Assembly (NCBI GenBank): GCA_030390025.1
Contig: CM059432.1
Coordinates: 87,794,001 to 87,858,000, forward strand
Reading direction: 5' to 3'
Origin: Squalus acanthias
Lineage: Eukaryota
Length of the DNA: 64,000 bases
In this document: in pieces, positions 49,444-63,280 of the stretch
Position numbering within the stretch: the stretch's first letter is position 1
Layout of the letters: each line of letters starts with the position of its first letter
Program-made: the position numbers and the translations under genes
The notes under the pieces: generated by a model
What the model saw: the letters and a program-made list of their open reading frames with translations, nothing else
The model's database searches: none
Told to the model about the DNA's origin: nothing

Positions 49444-52400
49444 GTGCATACATGACTGGAACGAGTGCACATGTACAAATGGATCGAGTGCGCATGTACA
49501 AATGGATCGAGTGCGTATGTGCAAATGGATCGAGTGCGCATACATGACTGGATCGAGTGCGCATGTACAAATGGATCGAGTGCGCATGTACAAATGGATC
49601 GAGTGCGTATGTGCAAATGGATCGAGTGCGCATACATGACTGGATCGAGTGTGCATGTACAAATGGATCGAGTGCGCATGTACAAATGGATCGAGTGCGC
49701 ATGTGCAAATGGATCGAGTGAGCATGTACAAATGGATCGAGTGCGTATGTACAAATGGATCGAGTGCGCATACATGACTGGATCGAGTGCACATGTACAA
49801 ATGGATCGAGTGCGTATGTACAAATGGATCGAGTGCGTATGTGCAAATGGATCGAGTGCGCATACATGACTGGATCGAGTGCGCATGTACAAATGGATCA
49901 AGTGCGCATGTACAAATGGATCGAGTGCGCATGTACAAATGGATCGAGTGCGCATGTACAAATGGATCGAGTGCACATGTACAAATGGATCGAGTGCGCA
50001 TGTACAAATGCATCGAGTGCGCATGTACAAATGGATCGAGTGCGCATACATGACTGGATCGAGTGCGCATGTACAAATGGATCGAGTGCGCATGTACAAA
50101 TGGATCGAGTGCGCATGTACAAATGGATCGAGTGCGCATGTGCAAATGGATCGAGTGCGCATACATGACTGGATCGAGTGCGCATGTACAAATGGATCGA
50201 GTGCGCATGTACAAATGGATCGAGTGCGCATGTACAAATGGATCGAGTGCGCATGTGCAAATGGATCGAGTGCGCATGTGCAAATGGATCGAGTGCACAT
50301 GTACAAATGGATCGAGTGCGCATGTGCAAATGGATTGAGTGCGCATGTGCAAACGGATCGAGTGCGCATGTGCAAATGGATCGAGTGCGCATACATGACT
50401 GGATCGAGTGCGCATACATGACTGGATCGAGTGCGCATGTGCAAATGGATCGAGTGCGCATGTACAAATGGATCGAGTGCGCATACATGACTGGATCGAG
50501 TGCACATGTACAAATGGATCGAGTGCGTATGTGCAAATGGATCGAGTGCGCATACATGACTGGATCGAGTGCGCATGTACAAATGGATCAAGTGCGCATG
50601 TACAAATGGATCGAGTGCGCATGTACAAATGGATCGAGTGCGCATGTGCAAATGGATCGAGTGAGCATGTACAAATGGATCGAGTGCGCATGTGCAAATG
50701 GATCGAGTGCGCATGTGCAAATGGATCGAGTGCACATGTACAAATGGATCGAGTGCGCATGTGCAAATGGATCGAGTGCACATGTACAAATGGATCGAGT
50801 GCGCATGTGCAAATGGATTGAGTGCGCATGTGCAAACGGATCGAGTGCGCATGTGCAAATGGATCGAGTGCGCATACATGACTGGATCGAGTGCGCATAC
50901 ATGACTGGATCGAGTGCGCATGTGCAAATGGATCGAGTGCGCATGTACAAATGGATCGAGTGCGCATGTGCAAATGGATCGAGTGCGCATGTGCAAATGG
51001 ATCGAGTGCGCATGTGCAAATGGATCGAGTGCGCATGTACAAATGGATCGAGTGCGCATGTGCAAATGGATCGAGTGCGCATGTGCAAACGGATCGAGTG
51101 CACATGTACAAATGGATCGAGTGCGCATGTGCAAATGGATCGAGTGCGCATGTGCAAATGGATTGAGTGCGCATGTGCAAACGGATCGAGTGCGCATGTG
51201 CAAATGGATCGAGTGCGCATACATGACAGGATCGAGTGCGCATACATGACTGGATCGAGTGCGCATACATGACTGGATCGAGTGCGCATACATGACTGGA
51301 TCGAGTGCGCATACATGACTGGATCGAGTGCGCTTGTGCAAATGGATCGAGTGCGCATGTACAAATGGATCGAGTGCGCATACATGACTGGATCGAGTGC
51401 ACATGTACAAATGGATCGAGTGCGTATGTGTAAATGGATCGAGTGCGCATACATGACTGGATCGAGTGCGCATGTACAAATGGATCGAGTGCGCATGTAC
51501 AAATGGATCGAGTGCGCATGTGCAAATGGATCGAGTGCGCATGTACAAATGGATCGAGTGCGCATACATGACTGGATCGAGTGCACATGTACAAATGGAT
51601 CGAATGCGCATGTACAAATGGATCGAGTGCGCATATACAAATGGATCGAGTGCGCATACATGACTGGATCGAGTGCGCATGTGCAAATGGATCGAGTGCG
51701 CATGTACAAATGGATTGAGTGCGCATGTGCAAATGGATCGAGTGCGCATGTGCAAATGGATCGAGTGCGCATGTGCAAATGGATCGAGTGCGCATGTACA
51801 AATGGATCGAGTGCGCATGTGCAAATGGATCGAGTGCGCATGTGCAAATGGATCGAGTGCGCATGTGCAAATGGATCGAGTGCGCATGTGCAAATGGATC
51901 GAGTGCGCATGTACAAATGGATTGAGTGCGCATACATGACTGGATCGAGTGCGCATACATGACTGGATCGAGTGCGCATGTACAAATGGATCGAGTGCGC
52001 ATGTACAAATGGATCGAGTGCGCATGTGCAAATGTATCGAGTGCGCATGTGCAAATGGATCGAGTGCGCATGTACAAATGGATCGAGTGCGCATGTACAA
52101 ATGGATCGAGTGTGCATGTACAAATGGATTGAGTGCGCATGTGCAAATGGATTGAGTGCGCATGTGCAAACGGATCGAGTGCGCATGTGCAAATGGATCG
52201 AGTGCGCATACATGACTGGATCGAGTGCGCATACATGACTGGATCGAGTGCGCATGTGCAAATGGATCGAGTGCGCATGTACAAATGGATCGAGTGCGCA
52301 TACATGACTGGATCGAGTGCACATGTACAAATGGATCGAGTGCGTATGTGCAAATGGATCGAGTGCGCATACATGACTGGATCGAGTGCGCATGTACAAA

Positions 52401-55400
52401 TGGATCAAGTGCGCATGTACAAATGGATCGAGTGCGCATGTACAAATGGATCGAGTGCGCATGTGCAAATGGATCGAGTGAGCATGTACAAATGGATCGA
52501 GTGCGCATGTGCAAATGGATCGAGTGCGCATGTGCAAATGGATCGAGTGCGCATGTACAAATGGATCGAGTGCGCATGTGCAAATGGATCGAGTGCGCAT
52601 GTACAAATGGATCGAGTGCGCATGTGCAAATGGATCGAGTGCGCATGTGCAAATGGATCGAGTGCGCATGTGCAAATGGATCGAGTGCGCATGTACAAAT
52701 GGATCGAGTGCGCATGTGCAAATGGATCGAGTGCGCATGTGCAAACGGATCGAGTGCACATGTACAAATGGATCGAGTGCGCATGTGCAAATGGATCGAG
52801 TGCGCATGTGCAAACGGATCGAGTGCACATGTACAAATGGATCGAGTGCGCATGTGCAAATGGATCGAGTGCGCATGTGCAAATGGATCGAGTGCGCATG
52901 TGCAAATGGATCGAGTGCGCATGTGCAAACGGATCGAGTGCACATGTACAAATGGATCGAGTGCGCATGTGCAAATGGATCGAGTGCGCATGTGCAAATG
53001 GATCGAGTGCGCATGTGCAAATGGATTGAGTGCGCATGTGCAAACGGATCGAGTGCGCATGTGCAAATGGATCGAGTGCGCATACATGACAGGATCGAGT
53101 GCGCATACATGACTGGATCGAGTGCGCATACATGACTGGATCGAGTGCGCATACATGACTGGATCGAGTGCGCATACATGACTGGATCGAGTGCGCTTGT
53201 GCAAATGGATCGAGTGCGCATGTACAAATGGATCGAGTGCGCATACATGACTGGATCGAGTGCACATGTACAAATGGATCGAGTGCGCATGTGCAAATGG
53301 ATCGAGTGCGCATGTGCAAATGGATTGAGTGCGCATGTGCAAACGGATCGAGTGCGCATGTGCAAATGGATCGAGTGCGCATACATGACAGGATCGAGTG
53401 CGCATACATGACTGGATCGAGTGCGCATACATGACTGGATCGAGTGCGCATACATGACTGGATCGAGTGCGCATACATGACTGGATCGAGTGCGCTTGTG
53501 CAAATGGATCGAGTGCGCATGTACAAATGGATCGAGTGCGCATACATGACTGGATCGAGTGCACATGTACAAATGGATCGAGTGCGTATGTGTAAATGGA
53601 TCGAGTGCGCATACATGACTGGATCGAGTGCGCATGTACAAATGGATCGAGTGCGCATGTACAAATGGATCGAGTGCGCATACATGACAGGATCGAGTGC
53701 GCATACATGACTGGATCGAGTGCGCATACATGACTGGATCGAGTGCGCATACATGACTGGATCGAGTGCGCATACATGACTGGATCGAGTGCGCATGTGC
53801 AAATGGATCGAGTGCGCATGTACAAATGGATCGAGTGCGCATACATGACTGGATCGAGTGCACATGTACAAATGGATCGAATGCGCATGTACAAATGGAT
53901 CGAGTGCGCATATACAAATGGATCGAGTGCGCATACATGACTGGATCGAGTGCGCATGTGCAAATGGATCGAGTGCGCATGTACAAATGGATTGAGTGCG
54001 CATGTGCAAATGGATCGAGTGCGCATGTGCAAATGGATCGAGTGCGCATGTGCAAATGGATCGAGTGAGCATGTACAAATGGATCGAGTGCGCATGTGCA
54101 AATGGATCGAGTGCGCATGTGCAAATGGATCGAGTGCGCATGTACAAATGGATCGAGTGCGCATGTGCAAATGGATCGAGTGCGCATGTACAAATGGATC
54201 GAGTGCGCATGTGCAAATGGATCGAGTGCGCATGTGCAAATGGATCGAGTGCGCATGTGCAAATGGATCGAGTGCGCATGTACAAATGGATCGAGTGCGC
54301 ATGTGCAAATGGATCGAGTGCGCATGTGCAAACGGATCGAGTGCACATGTACAAATGGATCGAGTGCGCATGTGCAAATGGATCGAGTGCGCATGTGCAA
54401 ATGGATTGAGTGCGCATGTGCAAACGGATCGAGTGCGCATGTGCAAATGGATCGAGTGCGCATAATGACAGGATCGAGTGCGCATACATGACTGGATCGA
54501 GTGCGCATACATGACTGGATCGAGTGCGCATACATGACTGGATCGAGTGCGCATACATGACTGGATCGAGTGCGCTTGTGCAAATGGATCGAGTGCGCAT
54601 GTACAAATGGATCGAGTGCGCATACATGACTGGATCGAGTGCACATGTACAAATGGATCGAGTGCGTATGTGTAAATGGATCGAGTGCGCATACATGACT
54701 GGATCGAGTGCGCATGTACAAATGGATCGAGTGCGCATGTACAAATGGATCGAGTGCGCATGTGCAAATGGATCGAGTGCGCATGTACAAATGGATCGAG
54801 TGCGCATACATGACTGGATCGAGTGCACATGTACAAATGGATCGAATGCGCATGTACAAATGGATCGAGTGCGCATATACAAATGGATCGAGTGCGCATA
54901 CATGACTGGATCGAGTGCGCATGTGCAAATGGATCGAGTGCGCATGTACAAATGGATTGAGTGCGCATGTGCAAATGGATCGAGTGCGCATGTGCAAATG
55001 GATCGAGTGCGCATGTGCAAATGGATCGAGTGCGCATGTACAAATGGATCGAGTGCGCATGTGCAAATGGATCGAGTGCGCATGTGCAAATGGATCGAGT
55101 GCGCATGTGCAAATGGATCGAGTGCGCATGTGCAAATGGATCGAGTGCGCATGTACAAATGGATTGAGTGCGCATACATGACTGGATCGAGTGCGCATAC
55201 ATGACTGGATCGAGTGCGCATGTACAAATGGATCGAGTGCGCATGTACAAATGGATCGAGTGCGCATGTGCAAATGTATCGAGTGCGCATGTGCAAATGG
55301 ATCGAGTGCGCATGTACAAATGGATCGAGTGCGCATGTACAAATGGATCGAGTGTGCATGTACAAATGGATTGAGTGCGCATGTGCAAATGGATTGAGTG

Positions 55401-58400
55401 CGCATGTGCAAACGGATCGAGTGCGCATGTGCAAATGGATCGAGTGCGCATACATGACTGGATCGAGTGCGCATACATGACTGGATCGAGTGCGCATGTG
55501 CAAATGGATCGAGTGCGCATGTACAAATGGATCGAGTGCGCATACATGACTGGATCGAGTGCACATGTACAAATGGATCGAGTGCGTATGTGCAAATGGA
55601 TCGAGTGCGCATACATGACTGGATCGAGTGCGCATGTACAAATGGATCAAGTGCGCATGTACAAATGGATCGAGTGCGCATGTACAAATGGATCGAGTGC
55701 GCATGTGCAAATGGATCGAGTGAGCATGTACAAATGGATCGAGTGCGCATGTGCAAATGGATCGAGTGCGCATGTGCAAATGGATCGAGTGCGCATGTAC
55801 AAATGGATCGAGTGCGCATGTGCAAATGGATCGAGTGCGCATGTACAAATGGATCGAGTGCGCATGTGCAAATGGATCGAGTGCGCATGTGCAAATGGAT
55901 CGAGTGCGCATGTGCAAATGGATCGAGTGCGCATGTACAAATGGATCGAGTGCGCATGTGCAAATGGATCGAGTGCGCATGTGCAAACGGATCGAGTGCA
56001 CATGTACAAATGGATCGAGTGCGCATGTGCAAATGGATCGAGTGCGCATGTGCAAACGGATCGAGTGCACATGTACAAATGGATCGAGTGCGCATGTGCA
56101 AATGGATCGAGTGCGCATGTGCAAATGGATCGAGTGCGCATGTGCAAATGGATCGAGTGCGCATGTGCAAACGGATCGAGTGCACATGTCCAAATGGATC
56201 GAGTGCGCATGTGCAAATGGATCGAGTGCGCATGTGCAAATGGATCGAGTGCGCATGTGCAAATGGATTGAGTGCGCATGTGCAAACGGATCGAGTGCGC
56301 ATGTGCAAATGGATCGAGTGCGCATACATGACAGGATCGAGTGCGCATACATGACTGGATCGAGTGCGCATACATGACTGGATCGAGTGCGCATACATGA
56401 CTGGATCGAGTGCGCATACATGACTGGATCGAGTGCGCTTGTGCAAATGGATCGAGTGCGCATGTACAAATGGATCGAGTGCGCATACATGACTGGATCG
56501 AGTGCACATGTACAAATGGATCGAGTGCGCATGTGCAAATGGATCGAGTGCGCATGTGCAAATGGATTGAGTGCGCATGTGCAAACGGATCGAGTGCGCA
56601 TGTGCAAATGGATCGAGTGCGCATACATGACAGGATCGAGTGCGCATACATGACTGGATCGAGTGCGCATACATGACTGGATCGAGTGCGCATACATGAC
56701 TGGATCGAGTGCGCATACATGACTGGATCGAGTGCGCTTGTGCAAATGGATCGAGTGCGCATGTACAAATGGATCGAGTGCGCATACATGACTGGATCGA
56801 GTGCACATGTACAAATGGATCGAGTGCGTATGTGTAAATGGATCGAGTGCGCATACATGACTGGATCGAGTGCGCATGTACAAATGGATCGAGTGCGCAT
56901 GTACAAATGGATCGAGTGCGCATACATGACAGGATCGAGTGCGCATACATGACTGGATCGAGTGCGCATACATGACTGGATCGAGTGCGCATACATGACT
57001 GGATCGAGTGCGCATACATGACTGGATCGAGTGCGCATGTGCAAATGGATCGAGTGCGCATGTACAAATGGATCGAGTGCGCATACATGACTGGATCGAG
57101 TGCACATGTACAAATGGATCGAATGCGCATGTACAAATGGATCGAGTGCGCATATACAAATGGATCGAGTGCGCATACATGACTGGATCGAGTGCGCATG
57201 TGCAAATGGATCGAGTGCGCATGTACAAATGGATTGAGTGCGCATGTGCAAATGGATCGAGTGCGCATGTGCAAATGGATCGAGTGCGCATGTGCAAATG
57301 GATCGAGTGAGCATGTACAAATGGATCGAGTGCGCATGTGCAAATGGATCGAGTGCGCATGTGCAAATGGATCGAGTGCGCATGTACAAATGGATCGAGT
57401 GCGCATGTGCAAATGGATCGAGTGCGCATGTACAAATGGATCGAGTGCGCATGTGCAAATGGATCGAGTGCGCATGTGCAAATGGATCGAGTGCGCATGT
57501 GCAAATGGATCGAGTGCGCATGTACAAATGGATCGAGTGCGCATGTGCAAATGGATCGAGTGCGCATGTGCAAACGGATCGAGTGCACATGTACAAATGG
57601 ATCGAGTGCGCATGTGCAAATGGATCGAGTGCGCATGTGCAAATGGATTGAGTGCGCATGTGCAAACGGATCGAGTGCGCATGTGCAAATGGATCGAGTG
57701 CGCATACATGACAGGATCGAGTGCGCATACATGACTGGATCGAGTGCGCATACATGACTGGATCGAGTGCGCATACATGACTGGATCGAGTGCGCATACA
57801 TGACTGGATCGAGTGCGCTTGTGCAAATGGATCGAGTGCGCATGTACAAATGGATCGAGTGCGCATACATGACTGGATCGAGTGCACATGTACAAATGGA
57901 TCGAGTGCGCATGTGCAAATGGATCGAGTGCGCATGTGCAAATGGATTGAGTGCGCATGTGCAAACGGATCGAGTGCGCATGTGCAAATGGATCGAGTGC
58001 GCATACATGACAGGATCGAGTGCGCATACATGACTGGATCGAGTGCGCATACATGACTGGATCGAGTGCGCATACATGACTGGATCGAGTGCGCATACAT
58101 GACTGGATCGAGTGCGCTTGTGCAAATGGATCGAGTGCGCATGTACAAATGGATCGAGTGCGCATACATGACTGGATCGAGTGCACATGTACAAATGGAT
58201 CGAGTGCGTATGTGTAAATGGATCGAGTGCGCATACATGACTGGATCGAGTGCGCATGTACAAATGGATCGAGTGCGCATGTACAAATGGATCGAGTGCG
58301 CATGTGCAAATGGATCGAGTGCGCATGTACAAATGGATCGAGTGCGCATACATGACTGGATCGAGTGCACATGTACAAATGGATCGAATGCGCATGTACA

Positions 58401-61400
58401 AATGGATCGAGTGCGCATATACAAATGGATCGAGTGCGCATACATGACTGGATCGAGTGCGCATGTGCAAATGGATCGAGTGCGCATGTACAAATGGATT
58501 GAGTGCGCATGTGCAAATGGATCGAGTGCGCATGTGCAAATGGATCGAGTGCGCATGTGCAAATGGATCGAGTGCGCATGTGCAAATGGATCGAGTGCGC
58601 ATGTGCAAATGGATCGAGTGCGCATGTGCAAATGGATCGAGTGCGCATGTGCAAATGGATCGAGTGCGCATGTGCAAATGGATCGAGTGCGCATGTACAA
58701 ATGGATTGAGTGCGCATACATGACTGGATCGAGTGCGCATACATGACTGGATCGAGTGCGCATGTACAAATGGATCGAGTGCGCATGTACAAATGGATCG
58801 AGTGCGCATGTGCAAATGTATCGAGTGCGCATGTGCAAATGGATCGAGTGCGCATGTACAAATGGATCGAGTGCGCATGTACAAATGGATCGAGTGTGCA
58901 TGTACAAATGGATTGAGTGCGCATGTGCAAATGGATTGAGTGCGCATGTGCAAACGGATCGAGTGCGCATGTGCAAATGGATCGAGTGCGCATACATGAC
59001 TGGATCGAGTGCGCATACATGACTGGATCGAGTGCGCATGTGCAAATGGATCGAGTGCGCATGTACAAATGGATCGAGTGCGCATACATGACTGGATCGA
59101 GTGCACATGTACAAATGGATCGAGTGCGTATGTGCAAATGGATCGAGTGCGCATACATGACTGGATCGAGTGCGCATGTACAAATGGATCAAGTGCGCAT
59201 GTACAAATGGATCGAGTGCGCATGTACAAATGGATCGAGTGCGCATGTGCAAATGGATCGAGTGAGCATGTACAAATGGATCGAGTGCGCATGTGCAAAT
59301 GGATCGAGTGCGCATGTGCAAATGGATCGAGTGCGCATGTACAAATGGATCGAGTGCGCATGTGCAAATGGATCGAGTGCGCATGTACAAATGGATCGAG
59401 TGCGCATGTGCAAATGGATCGAGTGCGCATGTGCAAATGGATCGAGTGCGCATGTGCAAATGGATCGAGTGCGCATGTACAAATGGATCGAGTGCGCATG
59501 TGCAAATGGATCGAGTGCGCATGTGCAAACGGATCGAGTGCACATGTACAAATGGATCGAGTGCGCATGTGCAAATGGATCGAGTGCGCATGTGCAAATG
59601 GATTGAGTGCGCATGTGCAAACGGATCGAGTGCGCATGTGCAAATGGATCGAGTGCGCATACATGACAGGATCGAGTGCGCATACATGACTGGATCGAGT
59701 GCGCATACATGACTGGATCGAGTGCGCATACATGACTGGATCGAGTGCGCATACATGACTGGATCGAGTGCGCTTGTGCAAATGGATCGAGTGCGCATGT
59801 ACAAATGGATCGAGTGCGCATACATGACTGGATCGAGTGCACATGTACAAATGGATCGAGTGCGTATGTGTAAATGGATCGAGTGCGCATACATGACTGG
59901 ATCGAGTGCGCATGTACAAATGGATCGAGTGCGCATGTACAAATGGATCGAGTGCGCATGTGCAAATGGATCGAGTGCGCATGTACAAATGGATCGAGTG
60001 CGCATACATGACTGGATCGAGTGCACATGTACAAATGGATCGAATGCGCATGTACAAATGGATCGAGTGCGCATATACAAATGGATCGAGTGCGCATACA
60101 TGACTGGATCGAGTGCGCATGTGCAAATGGATCGAGTGCGCATGTACAAATGGATTGAGTGCGCATGTGCAAATGGATCGAGTGCGCATGTGCAAATGGA
60201 TCGAGTGCGCATGTGCAAATGGATCGAGTGCGCATGTACAAATGGATCGAGTGCGCATGTGCAAATGGATCGAGTGCGCATGTGCAAATGGATCGAGTGC
60301 GCATGTGCAAATGGATCGAGTGCGCATGTGCAAATGGATCGAGTGCGCATGTACAAATGGATTGAGTGCGCATACATGACTGGATCGAGTGCGCATACAT
60401 GACTGGATCGAGTGCGCATGTACAAATGGATCGAGTGCGCATGTGCAAATGTATCGAGTGCGCATGTGCAAATGGATCGAGTGCGCCTGTACAAATGGAT
60501 CGAGTGCGCATGTACAAATGGATCGAGTGTGCATGTACAAATGGATTGAGTGCGCATGTACAAATGGATGGAGTGCGCATGTGCAAATGGATCGAGTGCG
60601 CATGTACAAATGGATCGAGTGCGCATGTACAAATGGATTGAGTGCGCATGTACAAATGGATCGAGTGCGCATGTGCAAATGGATCGAGTGCGCATGTGCA
60701 AATGGATCGAGTGCGCATGTGCAAATGGATCGAGTGCGCATGTGCAAATGGATCGAGTGCGCATGTACAAATGGATTGAGTGCGCATACATGACTGGATC
60801 GAGTGCGCATACATGACTGGATCGAGTGCGCATGTACAAATGGATCGAGTGCGGATGTACAAATGGATCGAGTGCGCATGTACAAATGGATCGAGTGCGC
60901 ATGTACAAATGGATCGAGTGCGCATGTGCAAATGGATCGAGTGCGCATGTACAAATGGATCGAGTGCGCATGTACAAATGGATCGAGTGCGCATGTGCAA
61001 ATGGATCGAGTGCACATGTACAAATGGATCGAGTGCGCATGTGCAAATGTATCGAGTGCGCATGTGCAAATGGATCGAGTGCGCATGTACAAATGGATCG
61101 AGTGCGCATGTACAAATGGATCGAGTGTGCATGTACAAATGGATTGAGTGCGCATGTACAAATGGATCGAGTGTGCATGTACAAATGGATCGAGTGCGCA
61201 TGTACAAATGGATCGAGTGCGCATGTGCAAATGGTTCGAGTGCGCATGTACAAATGGATCGAGTGCGCATGTACAAATGGATCGAGTGTGCATGTACAAA
61301 TGGATCGAGTGCGCATGTACAAATGGATGGAGTGCGCATGTGCAAATGGATCGAGTGCGCATGTACAAATGGATCGAGTGTGCATGTACAAATGGATTGA

Positions 61401-61987
61401 GTGCGCATGTAAAAATGGATCGAGTGCGCATGTACAAATGGATCGAGTGCGCATGTGCAAATGGATTGAGTGCGCATGTGCAAACGGATCGAGTGCGCAT
61501 GTGCAAATGGATCGAGTGCACATGTACAAATGGATCGAGTGCGCATGTGCAAATGGATCGAGTGCGCATGTGCAAATGGATTGAGTGCGCATGTGCAAAT
61601 GGATCGAGTGCGCATGTGCAAATGGATCGAGTGCGCATGTGCAAATGGATCGATTGCGCATGTGCAAATGGATCGAGTGCGCATACATGACTGGATTGAG
61701 TGCGCATACATGACTGGATCGAGTGCGCATACATGACTGGATCGAATGCGCATGTGCAAATGGATCGAGTGCGCATGTGCAAATGGATCGAGTGTGCATG
61801 TGCAAATGGATCGAGTGCGCATACATGACTGGATCGAGTGCGCATACATGACTGGATCGAGTGCGCATGTACAAATGGATCGAGTGCGCATGTACAAATG
61901 GATCGAGTGCGCATGTACAAATGGATCGAGTGCGCATGTACAAATGGATCGAGTGCGCATGTACAAATGGATCGAGTGCGCATGTAC
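49444..61987. repeat. 23-bp satellite array, ~545 units, with higher-order structure
   Basis: Main units tggatcgagtgcgcatgtacaaa, tggatcgagtgcgcatgtgcaaa and tggatcgagtgcgcatacatgac; copy number estimated as length/23. Confidence 0.99.
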
Positions 61988-62044
61988 AGTACCAAACGGG
62001 CACGCATGCACAGAGGGAGTCAAAAAGCCGTGCAAATAATCACT

Positions 62045-62465
62045 CCGTTTTTTTTATTCGTTCATGGGATATAGGCATCGCTGGCAAGGCCAGCATTTAT
62101 TATCCATTCCTAATTGCCCTTGAGAAGGTGGTGGTGAGCCACCTTCTTGAACCGCTGCAGTCCGTGTGGTAAAGATACTCCCACAGTGCTGTTAGGGATG
62201 GAGTTCCAGGATTTTGACCCAACGACGCTGAAGGAACGGCGATATATTTCCAAGTCAGGATGGTGTGTGACTTGGAGGGGAACTTGGAGGTGATGGTGTT
62301 CCCATGAGCCTGCTGCGCTTGTCCTTCTAGGTGGTAGAGGTTGCGGGTTTGGGAGGTGCCGTTGAAGAAGCTTTGACGAGTTGCTGCAGTGCATCTTGTA
62401 GATGGTACACAGCTACGGTGTCTCGGTGGTGCAGGGAGAGAATGTTTAAGGTGGTAGATGGTGGT
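62045..62465 (-). mobile_element. 3' end of the same LINE family as 6868-9480
   Basis: Closely parallels 6875-7270 (HTILTWKYIAVP..GSKSWNS); T-run at ~62048. Confidence 0.9.
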
Positions 62466-62853
62466 CATTGAAACATTTCAGATTCTATGAACGATTGACA
62501 GGGTAGATGCTGAGAGGTTGTTTCCCCTGGCTGGAGAATCCAGAACTAGGGGGCATAGTCTCAGGATAAGGAGTCAGCCATGTAAGACTGAGATGAGGAG
62601 GAATTTCTTCACTCAGAGAGTTGTGAATCTTTGGAATTATCTAGCCCAAAGGGTTGGAGATGCTGAATCTTTGAGAATATTCAAGGCTGAGATAGATAGA
62701 TTTTTGGACTCTAGGGGAATCAAGGGATATGAAGATCGGGCGGGAAAGTGGATTGAGGTCGTAGATCAACCATGATCTTATTGAATGATGGAGCAGGCTC
62801 GAGGGGCCATATGACCTACTCCTGCTCTTAATTCTTATGTTCTTATGTTCTTA
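62466..62853 (+). mobile_element. CR1 LINE 3' fragment
   Basis: FPLAGESRTRGHSLRI..RRNFFTQRVVNLWN; (ttcttatg)n tail. Confidence 0.92.
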
Positions 62854-63049
62854 TTAGTCCTTAAGCACATGCCACGCCACTCCTGTAGACTTCAGGCAAT
62901 TTTAAAGAAGTCTAGAAAGCACCAAACTTCTACAACTCAGCAACAGATATTAGAAATCAATCAGAAATGAACCTGTAAGTAGGTGATGATCCCTTTAAAA
63001 TAGCACTGATGGGGTCCTTCCTGATACTGAATGCATGTTCAGCTGTGCG

Positions 63050-63280
63050 AGGTTAAGAGAGAGCGTTAGCTCCAGTGTTGAGGTCAAAAATGGAGTGCTG
63101 GCCTCAAGATCTGCCTCCTCTGAATACATACGGCCCATGCTCCCAGCGTGGACGCTAACACCCTCACCAAAATGGTGCCTGGCACGGCCCGCACCAGAAG
63201 TGTGCGTGCACTGCTCGGATGCCATTTTCAGCATCCATAGCACCCAAACAACTGACACTGCTCAATCGATTTTCTAGCCC
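63050..63280. mobile_element. Probable non-autonomous Harbinger remnant
   Basis: Right end gatttctagccc is the reverse complement of the gggctagaaat TIR seen at 4839 and 36087; left end not resolved. Confidence 0.45.

Noticed and set aside
49444..61987. CRISPR-like array
   Set aside because: The variable 7-8-nt segment has only a few recurring states, there are no unique spacers and no cas genes, and the context is vertebrate
49302..62035. Giant 948-3200-aa His/Cys-rich ORFs on the minus strand
   Set aside because: All three frames give the same 23-aa repeat because the 23-bp unit lacks TTA/CTA/TCA; stops appear only at the rare gatcaagt variant. This is a satellite artefact
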